Below, piece by piece: positions 48,039 through 56,920 of a DNA stretch of 64,000 nt. Origin of the DNA: an uncultured Ruminococcus sp. GTDB lineage: Bacteria > Bacillota > Clostridia > Oscillospirales > CAG-272. Position 1 is the first letter of the stretch, and the number at the start of each line of letters is the position of its first letter. A model generated the notes under the pieces. The model searched no databases, had not been told where the DNA came from, and saw only the letters and a list, made by a program, of their open reading frames with translations. Where the stretch lies: positions 4,714-68,713 of the forward strand of contig CAZUPI010000010.1 of assembly GCA_964621755.1 (NCBI GenBank), read 5' to 3'. Position numbers and translations under genes: made by a program.

Positions 48039-50285
48039 TTACGTCAATGAAGAATACAGTCTTACAGCGCAGCCGGCAAATCCGACGGGGATAGGTTTGC
48101 CGTATTTGTTTGCCATGCTTCCGGTGATGGTCACGGTGACGGTGTTTTCGCCTAGAACAGTGAGGTCGGTTATGTCAAGCGCATATGGCATAAAGAGGAT
48201 TCGGCCTGCCGGTTTGCCGTTGACTGATACATCCGCGATGTCGTGAAGTTCGGTGAAGGTGAGATTCACCTTGGTGACGGCCTCACGGCGGATAAATGTC
48301 ATGTGACCTTCGTCAAGGGAGACTACTTCCGCTAAGTGCGGTTCATCTGGAACTTTGTCGGCCAAAGTCACGAGAGCATCGGGATTGATACCGATGATTT
48401 TTGCACTGTGCGGTGGAATTACGATATTGTATGCGAATCCGTTGTCGCACATTTGGGCGGAGAGAGGCGTGGTTTTTCCAGTGAATGGGTCGAAATTTGC
48501 TGCCGCGCCGTTTTCGCTTGTGACAAGTCTGCCCGTGATTTCGTTCCTGCCTTCATTTATCATCAGAAAGAACGGGCAGCCGCTCTTTGTGAGATGGACA
48601 AAACGCAGTGCATCCGCTGTTTTTCCTTCAAAGTAGGACTTGCGATGCACGTGTTTCTGGACAAATCCGATAAAATCAGAGCCCCGGAACATCTTTCCGC
48701 CTTCGATGACGAAACGTCCGATTTTTTCAACGATAGCGGCATCAAGCGGAAGCCTTCCGTCGACAAGGAGAATATCGTAGCTGTACCGGTCTATGCGGAT
48801 TTTCCCGTCGTGAATGTGGGCGCGGTCCATAAAATCGTCTATTGTGAGGTAGTTGAAAGTATATCCCTTTTGATACAGCGGCGCGACCGGCTTCACAGGC
48901 ATGTATTCCGCGCTGCAAAGCACAGCGGCGTGGGGATTGTTATAGCACGTGGCGTTCAGCCACGACATGCGCTTGATGTACATTGCGATTTTACGGTAAT
49001 CCTGCCACCAAATGTTATTGGGACCCACATCCGGCGGCCGCTCATTCGACTGCAACGGTGTGCGAAGGGAGTAGTAAAACGCGTGTGGGATTATCATATT
49101 GCACCCTCTCGCGAACAGGAAATTGAGATACCACATCATTTCGTCCGCGGTGAAATTCCACGGATTTCCTTTCTCCCCACAGACGCCGAAACACTCGTTC
49201 GAGTTGCGCTGCGCACCCATGTGCCTTGCTGCGTCCGACGCACATTTTCCCATTACAGAATCAGGGGAGGTCAGTTCCGTCCCTTCTTCTACCATGCGCC
49301 ACACCAAATCTTGTCCCGGCACGTCAAACCGTCTGACCGTTTCGCAGTCACCGCTTTCTGCCGGATGTCCCATCAGGGCGATACCGTGCTTTGCACACCA
49401 GCTGGATAATGTCTTGTAGTAAGCGTTGTCCAACCGATGGCGAAGCGCTTTTTGATATATGCGGGTGGCGTTTCGGACAAGTTTTTTGTCTTTCGCAGGA
49501 AACAGCAGACTGGCAAGGTGGGAAAAATCCCCGCCGTACTCGAAAAAGTCCTCGAGCATCCCGTAGCTCCAGCTGATTTTACCGGACATGTTCGCGCACC
49601 TGCCCGTTACGGATGGCTCGTCTGTGAAAAAGCCAATAACAGTCTTGCCAAAGAAGCGGGATAACCGATTGTAATACAAATCGTGAGTATGTCTGGTAAA
49701 CGCCTCCACTGCGGATGGATTCAAGATATCGGCCGCTGCAGGTGCATTGGGCTGGCCGTCATCCTCATCGGGCAGGATGCCGCGGATGGTTCCGCCAGTA
49801 TACCCGAGAACAAAATCATAGGAAACATAGGTGTTATCATTCTTCGGCGCGTCAAGACGTACGTCGGTCAGCAAACCGTCTTCCAACTTCAGCCATGCGC
49901 GATATAAAATTTCATCCTCCGGTGCGGTCTCACCGGTTTTGACTGCGGTCAACGCCCGTGCAGCATAGCGCGCATCTTCGGCAGCTACTTTTCCATGGGC
50001 GGAACCGGACGGATACATTGCCTCATCATACAGAACGACCATCATTCGTCGCCGCTCCGCAACCTCAAGACACGCCTCCACCATTTCAAAATATTCATCG
50101 GACAAATATTCCGTTTCCATCCCCATGCGCGGATGAATCACAAAGCCGTCGACGCCTTTTTTATGAAAGTCGTCAATCTGCCGTACAAGTTCCTCACGGT
50201 CAAGCTTATCGTTCCAGAACCAAAACGGAATCGGCGAAAACGTGTTTCCGGGATTTTTCCACATCTCGCATAAAATATCGTACAT
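48039..50285 (-). CDS. putative glycoside hydrolase (family not assigned by eye; rhamnosidase/GH106-like N-terminal motif)
   Basis: 748-aa ORF. The N-terminal PIPFWFWNDKLDREELVRQIDDFHKKGVDGFVIHPRMG block and a C-terminal jelly-roll-like VNGKPAGRILFMPYALDIT block recur in uncharacterised glycosyl hydrolases. Confidence 0.6.
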   Translation of the reverse strand: MYDILCEMWKNPGNTFSPIPFWFWNDKLDREELVRQIDDFHKKGVDGFVIHPRMGMETEYLSDEYFEMVEACLEVAERRRMMVVLYDEAMYPSGSAHGKVAAEDARYAARALTAVKTGETAPEDEILYRAWLKLEDGLLTDVRLDAPKNDNTYVSYDFVLGYTGGTIRGILPDEDDGQPNAPAAADILNPSAVEAFTRHTHDLYYNRLSRFFGKTVIGFFTDEPSVTGRCANMSGKISWSYGMLEDFFEYGGDFSHLASLLFPAKDKKLVRNATRIYQKALRHRLDNAYYKTLSSWCAKHGIALMGHPAESGDCETVRRFDVPGQDLVWRMVEEGTELTSPDSVMGKCASDAARHMGAQRNSNECFGVCGEKGNPWNFTADEMMWYLNFLFARGCNMIIPHAFYYSLRTPLQSNERPPDVGPNNIWWQDYRKIAMYIKRMSWLNATCYNNPHAAVLCSAEYMPVKPVAPLYQKGYTFNYLTIDDFMDRAHIHDGKIRIDRYSYDILLVDGRLPLDAAIVEKIGRFVIEGGKMFRGSDFIGFVQKHVHRKSYFEGKTADALRFVHLTKSGCPFFLMINEGRNEITGRLVTSENGAAANFDPFTGKTTPLSAQMCDNGFAYNIVIPPHSAKIIGINPDALVTLADKVPDEPHLAEVVSLDEGHMTFIRREAVTKVNLTFTELHDIADVSVNGKPAGRILFMPYALDITDLTVLGENTVTVTITGSMANKYGKPIPVGFAGCAVRLYSSLT

Positions 50286-50438
50286 GAGTATATCCTCTCG
50301 TTCTTTTAGTCGTAAATAAATGGGAAACGCTTCTTGAAAAAGGTTCCTTCAAATCTTTTATCATAATTATATATAATTATATATCACACGGCACGGTATT
50401 GCAAGCATCGGTATAAAATTTCAAAAAAACAAAATAAA

Positions 50439-50510
50439 CAGGTACCTTATGGGTTGACAATCCTTACTTTATATGATATAATATCCCCAGAAAAAAAGTC
50501 AGGTACCTGA
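50439..50510 (+). promoter_or_regulatory. marR promoter (exact TTGACA-N17-TATAAT, 50454-50482) flanked by two AGGTACCT palindromes (candidate operators)
   Basis: CAGGTACCTT at 50439-50448 and the perfect 12-bp palindrome TCAGGTACCTGA at 50499-50510. Their centres are ~61 bp apart and they bracket the promoter. Confidence 0.7.
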
Positions 50511-50532
50511 TTAATTTAATGGAGAAACTATA

Positions 50533-51006
50533 ATGAAAACACTTGATGAAGAAATTCTCCGGATGTTAGGAATGCTCAACGCCTTGTCACGGCGCGGACC
50601 CAATCCACCGCCACCGCCGCCACCGCCGCATGAAGACGGAGACCATCCGCCGTTCGGAGATAGACCACAGCCAAGAGGTCAAGGACGCGGCAGATTGATG
50701 GGTTTTTTAAACGACCACGGGGAAATGAGCCAATCCCAGATTGCCGCACACCTCAACATTCGTCCGCAGTCCTTATCGGAGCTTCTTACAAAAATGGAAA
50801 ACGATGGCCTAATTGTGCGCCGTCAGTCAGATGAGGACCGCCGTCAAACTCTCGTTTTCCTCACCGATATGGGTCGGTCCCGAGTGGAAGAATTCCGTGA
50901 GGAGCACCGCCGCCGCGCAGCAGAATTTCTGGAACCGCTGACGGAGGAAGAAAAAAACAGCCTTGCCCAAATCCTGCGCAAATTGATCGAGGCAAAAAAG
51001 ACATAG
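50533..51006 (+). CDS. MarR-family transcriptional regulator with a proline-rich N-terminal insert
   Basis: 157 aa. The winged-helix block is SQSQIAAHLNIRPQSLSELLTKMENDGLIVRRQSDEDRRQ. It is preceded by PNPPPPPPPPHEDGDHPPFGDRPQPRGQGRG. Confidence 0.85.
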   Translation: MKTLDEEILRMLGMLNALSRRGPNPPPPPPPPHEDGDHPPFGDRPQPRGQGRGRLMGFLNDHGEMSQSQIAAHLNIRPQSLSELLTKMENDGLIVRRQSDEDRRQTLVFLTDMGRSRVEEFREEHRRRAAEFLEPLTEEEKNSLAQILRKLIEAKKT

Positions 51007-51117
51007 AGGAATCATGATTTGCCCTAATTTATTATTTCATCCAGTATAAATTTAAAAAAGGGATTGGGGAAAGCTTTTTTCCAAAACCTCATTCCCGTCA
51101 ATTAGGAGGTATATGTT

Positions 51118-53361
51118 ATGGGACCTGGGGGACCTGGCGGTCAGTTTATGGGCCGTCGTGAAAAGATGATAGAGCAGCTCAAGGAGCCAAAGCCGAAATC
51201 CATAAAGGAAGTGCCTGACTATCTCTATCGCCTTGTCACAAAATTTTTCTATCGACTATTTTACATTTTCCGCCTTGTGTGGGAGACCAGACCGTGGATT
51301 CTCTTTTTCATGATTTTCATGGCCATTTTCAATGGTGTTACTCCCGTTATCAGCGCAAAAATCTCCGCAGAGCTTCTTAACGCGCTCGCATCCGCTTTCG
51401 TCGCCGCGACTACAGGCGCGGAGAGTGGATTCGACCGTGTTATGAGCCTACTTATCCTGCGGTTTGCCTATAACTTCATTACCGGATTGGTGGACCGCGT
51501 CAGCAATATCCTTAACAACATCGCAAGCGAGCTTGTGGTCAACCACGTCAACTTGAAAATTATGAGCAAAGCGCGCGAAATCGACCTCGCCAGCTTCGAC
51601 CTTCCCGAATTTTATGAGAAATTCGAGAATGCCAAGCGGGAAGCCGGCAACCGCCCGATTAATATCCTGAACGCAAACTTCACCATTATCAGTACTTTGA
51701 TCAGCATGTTCTCGTTCATCATAGTACTCATCGGCGTCAGCCCGTTCGCACCGCTTATCATCATCGCAATGAGTATCCCGACGGCTGTCATCAACTTCAG
51801 CTACCGCAAAAAGAATTTCCGGTACATACGCTTCCATTCCAAGGAACGCCGTCAAATGAGCTACTACTCTGACCTTATGACCAACAAGGATATGGTCAAA
51901 GAAATCCGTCTGTTCAACCTCTCCGAACTCTTTATCGGACGGTATCGGGAAACTTTCGCAAAGTACTTCAAGGGCTTGAAAAAGCTGTTCGTCGATGAAG
52001 GTATCCTTCACATCTGTACGACCGTTATCACAACGGCAATCAACTGTGCGCTGTTCTTGTTTATCGCCAAAGGTGTATGCGAAGGACGGTATGAAGTTGG
52101 TGATTACTCGTTCTATACCGGTGCGCTCAGTTCCATTTCAAACGGTATCGGCACACTGATATCGACTACCGCGTCAATTTACGAAGGAACTTTGTTCATT
52201 GATAACCTCATTTCCTTCATGAACGAAAAAACGACCATCGTCCCTCTCCTCGCAGAGCCCCGCAAAATCACACACCATACAGGGCATACCATCGTTTTCG
52301 ATGACGTGTCGTTCATCTATCCCGGAACCGAGCGCCGCGTCATCAATCATGTAAGCTTCACCCTTGAACCTGGCGATACATGCGTGCTTGTCGGTCTGAA
52401 CGGCGCGGGCAAAACCACACTTATCAAGCTTCTCACGCGTCTCTACGACCCAACAGAAGGACGAATCCTGCTCGATGGCCACGACATCAAGGAATATGCG
52501 GTTGAGGACCTGTACTCTATGTTCGGCATCATCTTCCAGGACTTCGGCAAATATGCGGTAAGCGTCAAAGAAAACATCAAGTTCGGGCAGCTTGAACGGG
52601 AGGCGACCGATGAGGATATCGTCGTCGCCGCCGAACAGTCGTCTGCGGATAAGTTTATCAACGACTTACCAGATAAGTATGATACGCCGCTGATGCGTTA
52701 CTTCGAGGAAAACGGTATTGAGCTGTCCATCGGTCAGTGGCAGAAGCTGTCGATTGCACGCGCATTCTACAGCGACTCCGACGTTATTATCCTTGACGAG
52801 CCGACAGCCAGCCTTGACGCCATCGCAGAGCAGGAAATTTACAATCAATTTGACCGCCTGCGCAAGGATAAGACCTGTATTTTCGTATCTCACAGACTCT
52901 CCAGCGCGACAGTAGCGAACAAAATCATCGTGCTCGAACACGGCGAAGTCGTTGAAATCGGCAATCACTCTGAACTGATGAAGAAGCACGGCGTATACTA
53001 TGAACTGTTCTCCACGCAGGCAAAGAGATACATCACCCCGATTGACGGCATGTCCGCGGAAGATTTCATGAATACAGGCGAGCCAGCCATGAAACTCGCG
53101 GATTCGGCCGCAAGAGAATCTACAGGGGAACATTTCAACGGTTCACACACATTTGACGGTAGGCCACCGTTTGAAGGTAGACCATCGTTCGACGGTAAGC
53201 CGCCATTTGATAAACAGCCTCCTTTCAACGGACGTCCTCCCTTCAACGGCAAATCTCCGCGGAATGGGGAAAGACCGCCGGAAGGACCGCAGCAAGAGGA
53301 ACGTCCTCGTGAAAAGGGGCCGGAATACGCAGGTCCGGAGCATGCGGAAGATAAAAGATGA
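51118..53361 (+). CDS. ABC exporter, fused permease/ATPase, with a hexapeptide-repeat C-terminal tail
   Basis: 747 aa with six TM helices, Walker A (GLNGAGKTT), the signature LSIGQWQK, Walker B (IILDEPT) and a ~110-aa tail containing G[RK]PPF[DEN] repeats. Confidence 0.9.
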   Translation: MGPGGPGGQFMGRREKMIEQLKEPKPKSIKEVPDYLYRLVTKFFYRLFYIFRLVWETRPWILFFMIFMAIFNGVTPVISAKISAELLNALASAFVAATTGAESGFDRVMSLLILRFAYNFITGLVDRVSNILNNIASELVVNHVNLKIMSKAREIDLASFDLPEFYEKFENAKREAGNRPINILNANFTIISTLISMFSFIIVLIGVSPFAPLIIIAMSIPTAVINFSYRKKNFRYIRFHSKERRQMSYYSDLMTNKDMVKEIRLFNLSELFIGRYRETFAKYFKGLKKLFVDEGILHICTTVITTAINCALFLFIAKGVCEGRYEVGDYSFYTGALSSISNGIGTLISTTASIYEGTLFIDNLISFMNEKTTIVPLLAEPRKITHHTGHTIVFDDVSFIYPGTERRVINHVSFTLEPGDTCVLVGLNGAGKTTLIKLLTRLYDPTEGRILLDGHDIKEYAVEDLYSMFGIIFQDFGKYAVSVKENIKFGQLEREATDEDIVVAAEQSSADKFINDLPDKYDTPLMRYFEENGIELSIGQWQKLSIARAFYSDSDVIILDEPTASLDAIAEQEIYNQFDRLRKDKTCIFVSHRLSSATVANKIIVLEHGEVVEIGNHSELMKKHGVYYELFSTQAKRYITPIDGMSAEDFMNTGEPAMKLADSAARESTGEHFNGSHTFDGRPPFEGRPSFDGKPPFDKQPPFNGRPPFNGKSPRNGERPPEGPQQEERPREKGPEYAGPEHAEDKR

Positions 53362-53516
53362 TAATAAAAAGGTGTATATATCCTTTTTCCATGTTTATTC
53401 CTGTACTGCGTTTCGTGAAAGACTTAATTATGGTGGGTGAACAAACGAACGCCTTTGGGTGAGGTACGTAAAACGTATGGCATAAATTATTTACAACTCA
53501 CCGAAAATATGGTATA

Positions 53517-54317
53517 ATGCCGTCAGATAAGAAAACGGGGGAGTTGGTGCATGGGTGCATGAAAATATGTAGATACAAAATCGGCTGCAGCGGAGGCAAA
53601 GCTCCGGTCGGACTGAAAATCGTAGTTGCGGCAGACCTGCATTCCCGCAACGGAAAGAAAGCGCTATGCCAGATTGCAGAGTTGGAACCAGACATGATTT
53701 GCGCTCCAGGCGATATCATGCTCAAAACCGATCTTTATTCCGTACGCGAGCCCTTTAATGAGAAGGGTATGACCTTTCTCAAAGAATGCCGCAAAATCGC
53801 GCCGGTATACTATTCGCCCGGCAACCACGAGCGCGGCATGACGGAGGAAAACCGCAAGATTCTCGCCGACTGCGGCATCACCTTCCTCGATGACGAATAC
53901 GTCAGATACCATTCCATTAAAATCGGCGGCCTGTCGTCAGGATACAAAGAAAATGTCCCAAAGCAAAAGCATACGCCGGCCCCCGACGTTTCGTTTATCC
54001 ATCGTTTTGCCTCTCTTGATGGATTTAAGCTGCTGCTGTGCCATCATCCGGAGTATTGGCGAAAATACCTCAGCGAAACCACAATTGACCTGACCCTCTC
54101 CGGTCACGCGCATGGTGGACAGTGGCAGATACCGTTTGTTCATCAGGGGATTTTCGCACCTGGACAGGGGCTTTTTCCAAAGTATACCGGCGGCGTACAT
54201 GAAAACGAGTCTAACTCGTGCACGCTTGTAATAAGCCGCGGTATGGCAAACACGTTGTGTATACCGAGATTTTTCAATCCGCGCGAGATTGTGTTTCTTG
54301 AGCTGGCACTGAAATGA
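53517..54317 (+). CDS. metallophosphoesterase (calcineurin-like)
   Basis: Motifs VVAADLH, PGDI, GNHE and SGHAHGGQ. The start is uncertain (53517, 53547 or 53559). Confidence 0.8.
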   Translation: MPSDKKTGELVHGCMKICRYKIGCSGGKAPVGLKIVVAADLHSRNGKKALCQIAELEPDMICAPGDIMLKTDLYSVREPFNEKGMTFLKECRKIAPVYYSPGNHERGMTEENRKILADCGITFLDDEYVRYHSIKIGGLSSGYKENVPKQKHTPAPDVSFIHRFASLDGFKLLLCHHPEYWRKYLSETTIDLTLSGHAHGGQWQIPFVHQGIFAPGQGLFPKYTGGVHENESNSCTLVISRGMANTLCIPRFFNPREIVFLELALK

Positions 54318-54868
54318 CAAGTATTGCTATATATTATACCCATATCGAATCCATATCCCGTGAGCTGTCCCATCAGCTTCGAATTCGTGTCGCGTCAGAC
54401 TACACCGGCGAATCCCCCGACGTATTTACGGATGGATTCGGTCTCCACGGCAAACCGTACTTCAAATCACATCCCGACGTGCATTTTTCGGTATCCCACA
54501 GCGACGGCGTCTGGATATGTGCGTTTGCGGACAGTGAAATCGGCTGTGATGTGCAGGAATACCGCACAGACGACACCCCGTCTCGCCTTGACAAAATAGC
54601 AAGACGTTGGTTTTCCGCTGCGGAGTACCGCTATTTTACGGGTCAGGGCAGCGGGGCAGATGAATTTTGCCGGATATGGTCGCGCAAAGAGGCATACGTA
54701 AAATACACCGGAAATGGAATCGGCGATGGTTTTCGACAATTCTCCTCTCTTGAGACCATTGGCAAATGCAGAATTTACGATTTTGTCCTGCCGTCAGCGG
54801 AAAGCTACGCGGCTGCCTTGGCGGGAGAATTTGATGCAGAACCTCAAAAAAATTTGATTAAATTTTAA
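54314..54868 (+). CDS. 4'-phosphopantetheinyl transferase (Sfp-type)
   Basis: 184 aa with GKPYF, FSVSHSDG, IGCDVQ and WSRKEAYVKYTG motifs. The ATG overlaps the upstream stop (ATGA). Confidence 0.8.
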   Translation: MTSIAIYYTHIESISRELSHQLRIRVASDYTGESPDVFTDGFGLHGKPYFKSHPDVHFSVSHSDGVWICAFADSEIGCDVQEYRTDDTPSRLDKIARRWFSAAEYRYFTGQGSGADEFCRIWSRKEAYVKYTGNGIGDGFRQFSSLETIGKCRIYDFVLPSAESYAAALAGEFDAEPQKNLIKF

Positions 54869-54894
54869 TACAAATACCACCCAGGAGGAAACAC

Positions 54895-56745
54895 ATGATT
54901 ACCGACTATCGAAATGTAAAGCTGCGGGGCGGCTTCTGGAAAGCGAAGGAGGACCTTAACCGCAACGTCACCATTCATGCAGTGTACGACCGTTTTAAGG
55001 AATCGGGGCGTATCGACGCGTTCAAATGTGAATGGAAGCCCGGCGACCCGAACCAGCCGCATATTTTCTGGGATTCCGATGTAGCAAAATGGATAGAGGG
55101 CGCCGCGTATATCCTGAAACAGGAAGAAAATGCCGACCTTCAGGAAAAAATCGAAGCCATCATCGATGAAATCGAGAAAAATCAAGGGGAAGATGGATAT
55201 TTCAACATCTTCTATACCGTTGTCCAGCCGGATAAGCGCTTCACCAGCCGCGATTGTCACGAGCTGTACTGCGCCGGTCACCTCATGGAAGCCGCGTGCG
55301 CGTACTACGAGGCGACAGGCCGCGACCGCTTCCTCAAGCTGATGGAAAAATACGCGGATTACATCGCGAAGGTATTCATGGTTGAGGACTCCGCAAGCTT
55401 TGTCACGCCGGGGCACGAGGAAATCGAGCTGGCGCTGTACCGCATGTACCGCACGACAGGGGAGGAGCGCTTCTTGAAACTATGCGCGTTTTTCCTCAAC
55501 AGCCGCGGTGAGCGGAATGAAAAAGATGGGCCCATTTTCGGCAACGTAAAATATGCGCAGAACCACCTTCCGGTGCGCAAGCAGTTTGAGGCGTTTGGTC
55601 ATTCGGTGCGCGCGACGTACCTTTACTCCGGTATGGCCGACCTTGCAAAGGAGACGAACGATGAGGAACTGGCGAAGGCGTGCTATGCCTTGTTCGATGA
55701 CATCACGACCAAGAAAATGTACGTCACAGGAGGCATTGGCTCGACGCACCTTGGCGAGGCCTTCACCATCCCGTACGACCTGCCCAACGACCACGCATAC
55801 ACGGAAACCTGCGCGTCGATTGGTATGATATTCTTCGCGAACCGCATGTTCAAGCTGGACGCGGCGCGTACCGGAAGACCGTCGTCGAAATACGCGGACA
55901 TTGTCGAGCTTGAGCTGTACAACGGTGCGCTGTCCGGGCTTTCTCTCGACGGTGAGTCATTCTTCTACGAAAATCCGCTTGAGATAAACCTTTCCGACCG
56001 CAAAAAGATAACCGCTACAAACGACCGAGAGCATTTCCCAATAACACAGCGCGTCCGGATTTTCGGCTGCTCCTGCTGCCCTCCGAACCTGAGCCGTCTG
56101 TTGTCGTCTCTCGGCACCTATTTCTACGGCTATGACGAAAAGACCGGCGCGGTTTACATCAACCAGTTCGGCGACAGCGAATTTGAGTATGCCGGCGCGC
56201 ACGTTTCGCAAAAAACGGGCTACCCGAATGACGGTCATATTGCGATTGTTACGGATGTTCCGGTATACGTGCGTGTCCCGGGATGGTGCCGCAGATTCAT
56301 GGCGACAAAGAAATACGAAATGGTAAACGGTTACGCGAAATTCGAAGCGGGCGAAATCGACGTCGAGTTCAACATGACGCAGGTGATGCTCACTTCCTCT
56401 GTAAACGTACATAAAAATCTCGGCAAAGCCGCAGTCAGACGAGGTCCCGTGATATACTGTGCGGAAGCGGTCGATAACGACGGCGACGTCCACACCCTGT
56501 ACCTCGACCGCCGTACTCTGAACGACGGCGTAGCAGTCCTGAACGAAAAATATGGATGCCCGACCATCACCCTCTCCGGCTTCCGCCGCATCGACCCACC
56601 GGACCGCGACGTTACCCCATTGTACGCTCCCCTCGACAACATCATCGGCGAAACCTTCCGTCCTGCCCAAATCAGCATGATACCCTACTATGCCTTTGCC
56701 AACCGCGGAGAGACAAACATGCTGGTGTTCTTAAATTATAGATGA
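54895..56745 (+). CDS. glycoside hydrolase family 127 (beta-L-arabinofuranosidase/DUF1680-like)
   Basis: 616 aa with FWDSDVAKWIEGAAY, GHEEIELAL and CSCCPPN blocks characteristic of GH127. There is an AGGAGG RBS. Confidence 0.85.
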   Translation: MITDYRNVKLRGGFWKAKEDLNRNVTIHAVYDRFKESGRIDAFKCEWKPGDPNQPHIFWDSDVAKWIEGAAYILKQEENADLQEKIEAIIDEIEKNQGEDGYFNIFYTVVQPDKRFTSRDCHELYCAGHLMEAACAYYEATGRDRFLKLMEKYADYIAKVFMVEDSASFVTPGHEEIELALYRMYRTTGEERFLKLCAFFLNSRGERNEKDGPIFGNVKYAQNHLPVRKQFEAFGHSVRATYLYSGMADLAKETNDEELAKACYALFDDITTKKMYVTGGIGSTHLGEAFTIPYDLPNDHAYTETCASIGMIFFANRMFKLDAARTGRPSSKYADIVELELYNGALSGLSLDGESFFYENPLEINLSDRKKITATNDREHFPITQRVRIFGCSCCPPNLSRLLSSLGTYFYGYDEKTGAVYINQFGDSEFEYAGAHVSQKTGYPNDGHIAIVTDVPVYVRVPGWCRRFMATKKYEMVNGYAKFEAGEIDVEFNMTQVMLTSSVNVHKNLGKAAVRRGPVIYCAEAVDNDGDVHTLYLDRRTLNDGVAVLNEKYGCPTITLSGFRRIDPPDRDVTPLYAPLDNIIGETFRPAQISMIPYYAFANRGETNMLVFLNYR

Positions 56746-56780
56746 TAACCCCCTCAAAACTTTTTAAACGATAAAATTAG

Positions 56781-56840
56781 ATATGGTGCGGCTGAAAGGC
56801 AGTGTTTGCGAATACTGTTCTGTCAGCCGCACCATATTTT
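56781..56840 (+). terminator. long-stem terminator after the GH127 gene
   Basis: ATATGGTGCGGCTGA-N27-TCAGCCGCACCATAT followed by TTTT: a 15-bp perfect stem. Confidence 0.6.
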
Positions 56841-56870
56841 ATCCCCAGTCTAAAAGTTTTTAAAGGGGTT

Positions 56871-56904
56871 TTATGGGGGACTTTTTTCAAAAAGTTCCCC
56901 ATAA
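56871..56904. repeat. GGGG-GACTTTTTT-C-AAAAAGTTC-CCC palindromic element 17 nt from the CNNM gene stop
   Basis: TTATGGGGGACTTTTT-tc-AAAAAGTTCCCCATAA, with one G-T position. Confidence 0.8.
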
Positions 56905-56920
56905 CGTTATCCCAACTAAA

